41,308 bases of DNA from the NCBI GenBank assembly GCA_964634175.1, contig CAZWIL010000003.1, positions 1 to 41,308 on the forward strand, written 5' to 3'. The notes beneath the pieces were generated by a model, which was not told the origin of the DNA, searched no databases, and saw only the letters and a list, made by a program, of their open reading frames with translations. Position 1 is the first letter of the stretch. Each line of letters starts with the position of its first letter. This DNA comes from an uncultured Vicinamibacteraceae bacterium. Its GTDB lineage: Bacteria > Acidobacteriota > Vicinamibacteria > Vicinamibacterales > UBA8438. The translations under genes and the position numbers were made by a program. This document shows, piece by piece, positions 27,324 through 35,961 of the stretch.

Positions 27324-29596
27324 GCCAACCCCTTGTAACGCCGATAGCCCCATTCACCGAGCACCAATGTAACCAGGAGTAGGAGCAACGCTGGCATGTC
27401 CCACAGGTCACGCTCCTCGACAACCGTTACCCCGCCGCCGACATACTGAATATCGTCAGGCAAACTCGCCACAGTGTCGGGTGTATAAAATCGACCGCCC
27501 GTTTCCCCAGCGACGCGTTCCAGCAGCGATGCACCCATGGTCGAATCATAGAATTCACTGTCGCTTGGCGCTACCTGAAGATGCATCGTGTCTTCACCAA
27601 GGAAGTCATCGTCGATGGTTGCTTCCACACGCACTTCATAGAAGCCTTCATCCGCTGCGGTAAACGTCGCACGGTATTCACCATCCTTTTCGGCCGTCCA
27701 TTCCATGGGCAATTCAATTAGGTCCCCAGATGGACCGGTCACGATAGCTGTCACGGAACTGTTGTTCAGGTCTTCATAGTTGGCATCACCCACTTCAGCA
27801 AGAACGGTCACCAGCTCGTTTGGTTCAACCCGGTCTTGTTGCATCCTAGCCACGACTTGGTCCGGCACCCCATCAACAAGCCAGCGGATGAGTCTCCGCC
27901 AGAAAATCTCGTGGGTCATATCCTCCACAGATACATCCGCGTGCATCTGCCACATCCAAGAATCCTGGACAGGAAACGCCATAGACTTTCCGGCGCCGTA
28001 CCGTTGAAACGCTAACACCACCAAATCATCTGACGTTCTGAGTAGGGTCGTTGCACCTGGTTTGACTTCAGTAATTGGATTTACGATCGTCACCGGCGGA
28101 AGGGTTCCCCATCGCTCAACGGAACGAGCCTCGTCCTCAGCAATCAATGTCGACGGGTGGGAGGCCCCAGCACGAGTCGTTTCGACATGAACTTCCTGAA
28201 AAAAGCTTTCCTCGCTGTCAACGCCTGTCGGGTCCAAAACAACTGGTAGGACATCGGCAAGTGGTGTTCCAGCGTAGCCACCTTCTGCAAACGATCGATG
28301 ACTGCCAAGCATCAGCAAGCCTCCACCGCGATGATTGACAAAATCAGCAATCATTCGCAATTGATCAGGCGTGAAGTGCCCAGCTTCGATACTCCCCAAG
28401 ATCAAACCACGGTATTTGAACAGTTCTGACCGCGTCCGAGGAAATCCACCGACGAGTTCATCCGGACCATCAACATTGCGGCGTAAAAACTTATTCTCGG
28501 CCGTGCGTTGAAGCAGGGCCACTTGCAGATTTTCATCATCTTCGACGCCCCGGAGGAGATATTTCACCTCCCACCGCGGCTCACCTTCGAAATACAGGAG
28601 TTTTTCATTCCGGTCTTCAACCACTATTAGCGTTTGACGCAGGTTGTTCTGTGTGACCATTTCTCCAGGGCGTGGCGACACCCGGAAACTAAATAGTCGG
28701 GGGCCTTCTTCATTCGCGGTAAAACGCATTCTGACAGTTTGTGGATCGCCCTCAGCGCCGAGCTGGATATCTTCCGTGCCAACAATTCGTCCCTCGTCCT
28801 CAACCTGTACGGTGACAGTTTCCCCACGATAACCACGGTGAGTCACAACCAATTCGACAACCAGTGAGGCTCCTTTAAGCACGCGGCTAGGCGTTTCGAC
28901 ACGGCTCATCTGGATGTCTCGGTCGTACTCCTCACGGCCCAGACCAACCGTAAACACCGGAACCGCCGCGGCCTGCAGAGGCAACAACGCGTCTCCCAGT
29001 CCTCCCTCTGCATTGTCCGCCCCGTCAGAAACGACCACCAGTCCAGACAGTGGAACGCCCGACAATTCGTCCTGTGCGCGGGCAAGTGCCTGGCCAAGAT
29101 GGGTTTCGGTCCCTTCGTAGGTTAAGGCGCCCACATCATTGACGCGCTCTGTTTCGTTCGAAAAACTGAAAAACCGCAGTGCAAATCGATCGGATAACGC
29201 CGAGAGCGTTTCACTTTCAACATCCCCGAAGGTCGACGCCACAAAGGCCTGGCGCGGGGTCTCATCCGTATCGGCGATTTGCATGCTGCGGGAGTCATCG
29301 ACCAACACCCCCAGAAAATTCTCCTGAGGCACAACGGAAGAGAGCACCAACACGGGCCGCAGAAGACAGAAAACAAGCAGGGCCAAGGCGCCAATTCGAA
29401 CGACCGTTAAAATAGTTCGATCGACTTGTTGGCTATTTCCGCGGACCTCGCGGTAAGTTCGAAAAATGAAAAATCCGGCAACTCCCGCTATTACTACGGC
29501 AAGGAGACTGAACCAAGAGGTCCGGAACGCAAAATCTCCTTGCTGATAAATCAGCGGTCGGTACTTAAATAAAAACTCAAAGACTGTCTCAAGCAC
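27320..29596 (-). CDS. Membrane-anchored VWA plus GATase1/ThuA-like fold protein (BatA-related, N- and C-terminal TMs)
   Basis: 758 aa with a GTG start. It has two N-terminal TMs, a MIDAS motif (LVDDSRSM...VVVSDGADN), a mid region (LLYFEGEPRWE, GLILGS, GGGLLMLGS) and a C-terminal TM (MPALLLLLVTLVLGEW). Confidence 0.72.
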   Translation of the reverse strand: MLETVFEFLFKYRPLIYQQGDFAFRTSWFSLLAVVIAGVAGFFIFRTYREVRGNSQQVDRTILTVVRIGALALLVFCLLRPVLVLSSVVPQENFLGVLVDDSRSMQIADTDETPRQAFVASTFGDVESETLSALSDRFALRFFSFSNETERVNDVGALTYEGTETHLGQALARAQDELSGVPLSGLVVVSDGADNAEGGLGDALLPLQAAAVPVFTVGLGREEYDRDIQMSRVETPSRVLKGASLVVELVVTHRGYRGETVTVQVEDEGRIVGTEDIQLGAEGDPQTVRMRFTANEEGPRLFSFRVSPRPGEMVTQNNLRQTLIVVEDRNEKLLYFEGEPRWEVKYLLRGVEDDENLQVALLQRTAENKFLRRNVDGPDELVGGFPRTRSELFKYRGLILGSIEAGHFTPDQLRMIADFVNHRGGGLLMLGSHRSFAEGGYAGTPLADVLPVVLDPTGVDSEESFFQEVHVETTRAGASHPSTLIAEDEARSVERWGTLPPVTIVNPITEVKPGATTLLRTSDDLVVLAFQRYGAGKSMAFPVQDSWMWQMHADVSVEDMTHEIFWRRLIRWLVDGVPDQVVARMQQDRVEPNELVTVLAEVGDANYEDLNNSSVTAIVTGPSGDLIELPMEWTAEKDGEYRATFTAADEGFYEVRVEATIDDDFLGEDTMHLQVAPSDSEFYDSTMGASLLERVAGETGGRFYTPDTVASLPDDIQYVGGGVTVVEERDLWDMPALLLLLVTLVLGEWGYRRYKGLA

Positions 29597-29642
29597 GATT
29601 CTCTCTCGTCAAGGTTGGATTCGCAATCCCACTTTTCCCCGA

Positions 29643-30566
29643 CTAGTGACTCATCGAATAAACGATAAAGTTCACGCCCATTTGAACTGCAAAGCTCGAG
29701 AATTGAAGTGGGTACTCAGGCCTTTCAAACCACTCCCAAGCATCCCCTAGATCGGTGTTGCCATTGATCACTGCCATCAGTCGACCTTTGTGATCGAAAA
29801 TGCCTCGCACAAAGGCTTCGTAGCCGTCTCTTTCCCAAGTTCGACCACCGTAGTAATTGCCAATCGCCGGCACCTGAATAACTTCGTCGATCCTGTAAAC
29901 CATATTGAAAATAGGGTGATCCGGCGGAATCTCTACGATTGAGTGTTCAGGAAGAACCCGGCGCATCTCCTGTTCCAGATTGGCAAACGCGTAGGCGCCC
30001 CAGAAATCGTCGACCACAAGAAACCCACCAGCCAGCAGATAGTCCCTCAATCCCTCAACTTCGGGTGGCGTTAACGACATCCCTTCGATTTCGAGCATAT
30101 ACAAGAACGGGAAGCGCCTGAGCTCAGGATCATCCAGTCGCACCGCGTTCTCTCGCTCAGAGGCATTCATGTCCACCAGCGTATTCACCGCCGCCATAAA
30201 TTGGCGATCAGCTTTCGGAAAATCGATGGCCCACGAATTCCATCTCCACGGAGACGAATAGACACCCCGCGTAAAATAGAACTCACTTGCTCCGCTTGGT
30301 TTTTTCGGGGAAGACAACCGCTGATCTAAGAGTGTTCGAAAATCCTGTTGAAACGCTGCAGCAGAATTAACACCCGGCGCGCCATACAAAACGACCCACC
30401 CGACGCCCAGTAGCGTCACAACGACCGCAGTGATCCATTTTGCGCCTCGAGGCCCCACGTTTTGCTCCAGCAAAAAAGCCCCGCACGGGGCACAAAAGGC
30501 AATGTCGTCCTTAAAACTCCAGACGACGGAGAACGCCTGAGATACGCTCTCCACGGTCACCCGCAA
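29643..30566 (-). CDS. DUF4159 domain protein, membrane-anchored or secreted (paralog 3 of 3)
   Basis: The track ORF starts at a TTG at 30566. A GTG at 30458 is preceded by GGAG (6-nt spacer) and would give MGPRGAKWITAVVVTLLGVGWVVLYG. Shared motifs are FPFLYMLEIEG, YLLAGGFLVVDDFWG and a C-terminal VYSMSH. Confidence 0.75.
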   Translation of the reverse strand: MRVTVESVSQAFSVVWSFKDDIAFCAPCGAFLLEQNVGPRGAKWITAVVVTLLGVGWVVLYGAPGVNSAAAFQQDFRTLLDQRLSSPKKPSGASEFYFTRGVYSSPWRWNSWAIDFPKADRQFMAAVNTLVDMNASERENAVRLDDPELRRFPFLYMLEIEGMSLTPPEVEGLRDYLLAGGFLVVDDFWGAYAFANLEQEMRRVLPEHSIVEIPPDHPIFNMVYRIDEVIQVPAIGNYYGGRTWERDGYEAFVRGIFDHKGRLMAVINGNTDLGDAWEWFERPEYPLQFSSFAVQMGVNFIVYSMSH

Positions 30567-30646
30567 CCCAGTTCCGGGAACCGTAACGGCAGCATAGCAT
30601 ATGGACCCTATCCGCAGAAGTAGACGGTCTTAAGATCACCAAATGA

Positions 30647-31522
30647 ATGGCCCCTCAACTACACTCCAGTTATCTAGAACTTCCGTTAGATGCTATTTTT
30701 AAATACTTCGTATCGCGAACAAGAATGATGCCCAGAACCTATGTAGTGTCTCTACTGGTCTTGATCGTTGCAACGACGGCAGCGGCAGCAGAACCGCCAG
30801 AACGAAACTTACCAGCCAAGGAATCCCTATTCGGGCAACCCGTGGACAGAGCACCAGACTTCCTTTTTGGCCGTCCGTCGGTGACGCTGGGCATCCGCGG
30901 TTTGTGGGTGAACACTAGAGGCGACAGCGACGTTTTTTCCTTCTTAACCGAAAAGTTGACCCTTGAAAAGACGGCCTTTCGTCAAAAAGGTGTCGCTTTC
31001 GACATTGGCCTGCCTGTCAGGCCTCGAATTGATGCTTTGGTCGGCTTGGAATACGCAAGCACTAACACCTCCTCTGAAGATCGGGAATTCATCGAAGATG
31101 ACGGCAACCCAATTGAACAGCGAACATCGCTAACCCAATTTAATTTAACTGGTAGCTTCGAGCTGGCGCTTCTGCCCCGCGGTCGGTCGGTCGGACAATT
31201 CGTATGGATCTCAGCACCCGTCACGCCTTACGTTGGCGGCGGAGCAGGGTTGCTTTGGTACCGTCTTGAACAGACAGGCGATTTTGTGGACGCCCTGGAT
31301 CCGGGGCTAACCATCTTCACTGCTCAACTATTTTCAGAAGGTTGGGCCTTGAACTCCCACGTTTTTATGGGAGCCGATATTAAGGTTTCACGACATATAT
31401 TCTTAACCGGCGAGGCCCGGTATATGTGGGCATCCGCACCAATGAATCTTGACTACACCGGTTTCGAACCGATCGATTTGTCCGGACTTCGGGTTTCTGG
31501 TGGCATTCAGGTCGTTTTTTGA
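30647..31522 (+). CDS. Putative outer-membrane beta-barrel protein
   Basis: The likely start is the ATG at 30725 (MMPRTYVVSLLVLIVATTAAAAE signal). The sequence has an alternating amphipathic pattern and a C-terminal GGIQVVF ending in Phe. Confidence 0.55.
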   Translation: MAPQLHSSYLELPLDAIFKYFVSRTRMMPRTYVVSLLVLIVATTAAAAEPPERNLPAKESLFGQPVDRAPDFLFGRPSVTLGIRGLWVNTRGDSDVFSFLTEKLTLEKTAFRQKGVAFDIGLPVRPRIDALVGLEYASTNTSSEDREFIEDDGNPIEQRTSLTQFNLTGSFELALLPRGRSVGQFVWISAPVTPYVGGGAGLLWYRLEQTGDFVDALDPGLTIFTAQLFSEGWALNSHVFMGADIKVSRHIFLTGEARYMWASAPMNLDYTGFEPIDLSGLRVSGGIQVVF

Positions 31523-31544
31523 TGCACACTAGCAGGAGAAACTC

Positions 31545-32774
31545 ATGCGAACGTCTCTGGTCACCATCGCACTCGCAACCTTTTTTTTAGCTGGGCCAGC
31601 TGCAGCAGAACAATCTGACGGCGTTGATCGGCATTGGCTGCCATGGCTCGGTTGTTGGCAGCTTTCGGAAGAAGAATTCCAGAGTCCTGACGGTACTGCT
31701 CCACTTGAATTGGAATCTCAAGAAGTTAGAGAACGCACGTCGGTCTGTCTCACGATGAATGGACCGGAAGTCAAGATGACAGTATCTGAAGGCGACCAGC
31801 TCTTGGTCGAACGCGCGATCAACGCAAATGGAACTCGACGTGACATCGTCGATAACGAATGTCGTGGCTGGGAAGAAAATCGATGGTCGCGAGACGGACA
31901 TCGACTATTCACCAAATCAGAGATCCGTTGTGATGACATGCCGACAAGGATTCTCAGTGGCATCAGTTTCTTAACATCCACATCAAATTGGGTAGACGTC
32001 CAATTCGTCGAAATGGGCGACCACCAACAGCTAGAAGTGCGACGCTACAATCCATCCAAATCAAACACCGGGGGCAACATCGGCGGGGCACTAGGAACTG
32101 CTGCTGCAATTCAGTCATCCGCTATCAGTCAAGCTCGGAGAGAAAGCGCCGAGCCCCCTGACATGGCTGACGTCATGGAAGCTAGTCGAAGCACGGCAGT
32201 AAGAGCGGTTGAGGCGCTACTCGTGGAGACCGAACCGCAGCTGTCCTTAAATAGTAATGCCTTGGTCGGCTTAGATGACGCCGGGCTCAACCACGACATT
32301 ATCGACCTGTTGGTCGCTCAGTCATTCCCGGACCGGTTTGTTATCGAGAGACGAGGCCGACGGGGAACATGGTCATCAAGACAGGCTGGGAACTTTCGGG
32401 GATTTGGTGGGTTTGGTGGATTCTACGATCCGATCTGGTATTCAGATCTTTACCCGTACTACATAACACCTCTGGGTTCACGTTATTGGGGTGGGCGTTA
32501 CAATCCCTATTTTTACGGCAGCACGGTAATGAGCCCTTTCGTCATCATTCCCAACTTACAGGGGTCCGCGCGAGCGGTGAACGGCAGCGGCTACACCCGA
32601 GTACGTCCTCGGACGGTCGACACCCAGCGCCCTGTCGGTCGTCCAGCTACGACAACGGCAACCTCGGGAGGCGGTGGTTCGACCCGAACCGGGTCATCAG
32701 ATGGGGCCACAGCTTCACCTAGTGGCTTTTCGGGTGGTCAATCGGGAACTCGCAGGGCCGTTCCAAGACGCTAA
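31545..32774 (+). CDS. Secreted hypothetical protein with a Gly/aromatic-rich segment and a Gly/Ser/Thr/Arg-rich tail
   Basis: 409 aa. AGGAG is the SD and the signal reads MRTSLVTIALATFFLAGPAAA. I recognised no family. The segment reads GFGGFGGFYDPIWYSDLYPYYITPLGSRYWGGRYNPYFYG. Confidence 0.6.
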   Translation: MRTSLVTIALATFFLAGPAAAEQSDGVDRHWLPWLGCWQLSEEEFQSPDGTAPLELESQEVRERTSVCLTMNGPEVKMTVSEGDQLLVERAINANGTRRDIVDNECRGWEENRWSRDGHRLFTKSEIRCDDMPTRILSGISFLTSTSNWVDVQFVEMGDHQQLEVRRYNPSKSNTGGNIGGALGTAAAIQSSAISQARRESAEPPDMADVMEASRSTAVRAVEALLVETEPQLSLNSNALVGLDDAGLNHDIIDLLVAQSFPDRFVIERRGRRGTWSSRQAGNFRGFGGFGGFYDPIWYSDLYPYYITPLGSRYWGGRYNPYFYGSTVMSPFVIIPNLQGSARAVNGSGYTRVRPRTVDTQRPVGRPATTTATSGGGGSTRTGSSDGATASPSGFSGGQSGTRRAVPRR

Positions 32775-32815
32775 GACGTTATTGTTATTTCTGCCAGCGC
32801 CCTGTTCCGCCTTAC

Positions 32816-33685
32816 TCATCGTGATACAAAACGAACCTCGAACATCTTAGGCCAAAGCTTTCCGGTAATGTAGAAAGTCTCAGAACCCGGATCGTACGCG
32901 ATACCGTTCAAAACGTCTGCATTTCTCGCTTCAGCGGCAGTTAACAATCCAGATGCATCAATTTGACGCGTAACCTGGCCGGTCTCGGGATCAATCGCAA
33001 CAAAGTACTGCTCTTGATAAACGTTTGCGTAAACCAACCCTCCCACGCATGCAAGTTCGTTCAACTGAAATAACGGCCGGTCACGTAATTTCACACGTAT
33101 CGCACCCCGTTGCTCAAACGTTCTTGGGTCCCGAAAACTCAGGCTGTCAGATCCGTTACTCATAATCAGACGATCTTGGTCGCCATCGTGACACAACCCC
33201 CAACCTTCGCCACGATATCGAAACGTCTGAACCGGTTCAAAACTCGTAACGTCGTACGAGAAAGCACGCTCAGCCTTCCACGTCAACATGATCAGATGGC
33301 TCCCAACCGTCGCCAACCCTTCGCCGAAGAAAGCCGGCGGAGTATAGATTTCCTGTACTACTGTGCCGTTCTTGGGATCGATACGCCGGAGGCGCGATTG
33401 ACCGTATTGGCCCGTACTTTCGTACAACCACCCATCTCGCCAGAGGAGACCCTGGGTATACGCCGTCGTATCATGAACAATTTCACGGAGAATCTCGACT
33501 CGGAGCAAATCAACCGACAATGCCCTGGGTTGGACCATGCTTGCGCCCATGTTCCCGCCGGAAAAAACAGCCCACAGGACCAAAACTACCGCGCCAACCG
33601 CGACCAGCGCCGCCATCCATCGGTTACTTCGTGACCGAGGCCGCACACGTGGTTGACGACGTTTGAATTTCTGTTGTCTAGACAC
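32816..33685 (-). CDS. Glutaminyl-peptide cyclotransferase (plant/bacterial beta-propeller type), membrane-anchored
   Basis: 289 aa. A basic N-terminus precedes a TM (WMAALVAVGAVVLVLWAVF). Family strings are YTQGLLWRDGWLYESTGQYGQS, FGEGL, LTWK, EGWGL, NELA and YANV. Confidence 0.85.
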   Translation of the reverse strand: MSRQQKFKRRQPRVRPRSRSNRWMAALVAVGAVVLVLWAVFSGGNMGASMVQPRALSVDLLRVEILREIVHDTTAYTQGLLWRDGWLYESTGQYGQSRLRRIDPKNGTVVQEIYTPPAFFGEGLATVGSHLIMLTWKAERAFSYDVTSFEPVQTFRYRGEGWGLCHDGDQDRLIMSNGSDSLSFRDPRTFEQRGAIRVKLRDRPLFQLNELACVGGLVYANVYQEQYFVAIDPETGQVTRQIDASGLLTAAEARNADVLNGIAYDPGSETFYITGKLWPKMFEVRFVSR

Positions 33686-33715
33686 GGCAAAAATGAAACG
33701 GCGGCTGGTTCCCGA

Positions 33716-35182
33716 TCATGTTATACGCCGGTCAAAAATTTCAGCGACCGTCTTCGCACCGAATCGGTCGTCAAGAAATTCAAGTTGATCAGCCTTGACC
33801 TGACCAGGATGGGCTACACCACACGCGCGCGTAAGCGAGAGTAAATCCTTACGTAACGCGACTATGTAATTGGCAACACGAACCGATTTCAGACTTGGGT
33901 CCAAACCGCCAGACAGCCATTTATTCTGCGTCGCCACACCCGTAGGACAACGATTGGTATGACATTGTTGCGCCTGAATACAGCCAATTGCGATCATTGC
34001 CTCCCGGCCAACGTTGATCATGTCACAACCAAGTCCAAACGCGAGAAGGGCATCTTGAGGAAACCCGAGTTTGCCTGACCCAATGAACACAACGTTTTCA
34101 GCAATCCCTGCCCTGTGAAAAATCTGGTAGACCCGATTGAAACCTACTTTGAATGGAAGTGCCACATGGTCGGTGAAAACAAGCGGACCAGCCCCGGTAC
34201 CGCCTTCTCCCCCATCGATTGCAACAAAGTCAACGCCACGGCCAGTATTAGTCATCTTGTCTGCAAGATCATTCCAGAATGCCAATTCGCCAACGGCCGA
34301 TTTAATTCCGACGGGAAGACCAGTTTCATCAGCCATGGCCTCCACAAAATCGAGCAAACTGTCAGCGTCGTGAAATTCGCGGTGGGATCCTGGGCTTACA
34401 CAGTCACGGGCCAGCGGTATTCCACGAGCGGCTGCGATCTCCGGTGAAATTTTCCGACTCGGGAGAAACCCTCCGACTCCTGGTTTTGCGCCCTGACTAA
34501 GCTTTATTTCAATGGCTTTTACCGTCGGGTAACGCGCAACTCCTTCTTTTAAGCGCGCCATACTGAAATTCCCCGTCTCGTCTCGGCAACCAAAGTATCC
34601 CGTGCCGATCTGCCAGACGAGATCACCCCCACACAAGTGGTGCTGCGAGACCGCCCCTTCTCCAGTGTTTTGTAAGCACTCTGCAATCGCAGCACCCTCG
34701 TTTAAGGCCTCGACCGCAGGACCGCTTAAGGAACCGAAACTCATCCCTGAGATGTTAATGACAGACGGTGGCCTAAATGCGTTCGTGCGGCCTCGGCTTT
34801 CGCCAATTACCTTCGCACAAGGAATTCGGTGTTGTGGGTCGTAATCAGCACCAGTCGGATCCGGAGCATTAAGCGGAAAAGTTTGGTGCTTGACGATTAG
34901 ATAGTTTGGAGATCGTTCCATCTCATTGTCGGAACCAAATCCAAAGTAGACATTGTCACGTTTTGACGACGCATAGACCCACCGTCTTTGGTCGCGGCTA
35001 AAGGGGCGCTCTTCATCATTGTCCGCTACGATATACTGTCGAAACTCGGGTCCAACAGATTCAAAAAAGTAGCGGAAATGCCCGATGATGGGAAAATTAC
35101 GCAGAATTGCGTGGCGGCGTTGACAGAGGTCATAAACTACGACCCCGCTGAGAACGATCAGTAGAATCCAGAGCCAGAACAT
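33716..35182 (-). CDS. FMN-binding glutamate synthase (GltB domain 2-like) family protein with an N-terminal TM
   Basis: The track ORF starts at a TTG at 35218. The ATG at 35182 (MFWLWILLIVL) is preceded by GGAAGGGA. Family strings are ISGMSFGSLS, KLSQGAKPGVGG, IDGGEGGTGA and GSGK. Confidence 0.88.
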   Translation of the reverse strand: MFWLWILLIVLSGVVVYDLCQRRHAILRNFPIIGHFRYFFESVGPEFRQYIVADNDEERPFSRDQRRWVYASSKRDNVYFGFGSDNEMERSPNYLIVKHQTFPLNAPDPTGADYDPQHRIPCAKVIGESRGRTNAFRPPSVINISGMSFGSLSGPAVEALNEGAAIAECLQNTGEGAVSQHHLCGGDLVWQIGTGYFGCRDETGNFSMARLKEGVARYPTVKAIEIKLSQGAKPGVGGFLPSRKISPEIAAARGIPLARDCVSPGSHREFHDADSLLDFVEAMADETGLPVGIKSAVGELAFWNDLADKMTNTGRGVDFVAIDGGEGGTGAGPLVFTDHVALPFKVGFNRVYQIFHRAGIAENVVFIGSGKLGFPQDALLAFGLGCDMINVGREAMIAIGCIQAQQCHTNRCPTGVATQNKWLSGGLDPSLKSVRVANYIVALRKDLLSLTRACGVAHPGQVKADQLEFLDDRFGAKTVAEIFDRRIT

Positions 35183-35437
35183 AGATCCCTTCCAGAGCCA
35201 GTGGCACGGTAGGCTCAAACCGAGAGGCCATAGCCCTTTCTGTTCCTATTCTAGTCTGACATTCTTTCGGGCGAGACAAGGTTTAACCCAAATTCGCTTG
35301 AGCTAAGGCGTCTCAGACCACAAGAACTTTGTCCCGCGTATGACTCCGTAGCGGACAGAGACCCGAGTAACTGTGGGACGGTGCTCGCCAGCGGAATTAT
35401 CTTGAGAACAGCGTAATGACCCTGATATGGATGGCCC

Positions 35438-35950
35438 TCAGGCGGTACGATCGAGTAGATCCAGCTCACGGCGGGCCGCAGCTTGAGCGCGGCGGCGGCT
35501 AGCCGTAAGTTTAGCGCGACGCACCTCCTCCGGGGGGTGTTGGCCCCTTGGAATGATAAGACCGGGGTCCCCGCTGAACCGAGCCCGTCGGACTGAGGAT
35601 AGTTCGCGTACTGAAAACGACCGCTCCGCAGAAGATAAATTGGCGCTCAGCATCTTCTGATGCCGCATTACCGTATGGTGACACCGTAAACACAATTTTG
35701 CGGGACTCTGACCCTGTTGACGACTTAACGCCAAGCGTGCAGGTTTTTCACAACAAACGGCGCAGAGGTCTCTCAACTGTGCCCTAACGTGTTTAGATTC
35801 GACTGTCTTGACAAACTTTTCCGTCGGCTGGCGAGAATCAAAATTAAACTGCCGGACGACTGATGGCTGAAATCGAAGCATTCTTCTCTCCTTTGATCTT
35901 CTGTCACTGTAGGCGAAGGGTGTGACAGGGTAGGTCACAGTCAGCTTCAT
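35438..35950 (-). CDS. Hypothetical highly basic protein with a CxxC-N20-CxxC zinc-ribbon-like motif
   Basis: 170 aa from the ATG at 35950. An alternative ATG at 35881 (Met24) is preceded by GGAG with a 6-nt spacer. The Cys motif reads C63-AV-C66 ... C87-LR-C90-HH. The protein is Arg-rich throughout. I recognised no family, and it is the only long ORF in a roughly 730-bp gap. Confidence 0.5.
   Translation of the reverse strand: MKLTVTYPVTPFAYSDRRSKERRMLRFQPSVVRQFNFDSRQPTEKFVKTVESKHVRAQLRDLCAVCCEKPARLALSRQQGQSPAKLCLRCHHTVMRHQKMLSANLSSAERSFSVRELSSVRRARFSGDPGLIIPRGQHPPEEVRRAKLTASRRRAQAAARRELDLLDRTA
35901..35940. promoter_or_regulatory. Inverted and reiterated TGTCAC/GTGACA motifs (candidate WYL-regulator operator)
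   Basis: CTGTCAC (35901-35907), GTGACAG (35922-35928) and GTCACAG (35934-35940). The site is intergenic only if the divergent gene starts at 35881. Confidence 0.3.
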
Positions 35951-35961
35951 TTATTATTGAG

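Noticed and set aside
35219-35437. Possible glutamine or other riboswitch, or the 72-aa ORF 35251-35469, upstream of the GltB-like gene
   Set aside because: I read the minus-strand sequence and saw no match to the glnA-RNA core or any other riboswitch I can recall. Only weak 4-5-bp stems are present. The 72-aa ORF has no SD or motif and overlaps the neighbouring gene end. A covariance-model scan would be needed to settle this.
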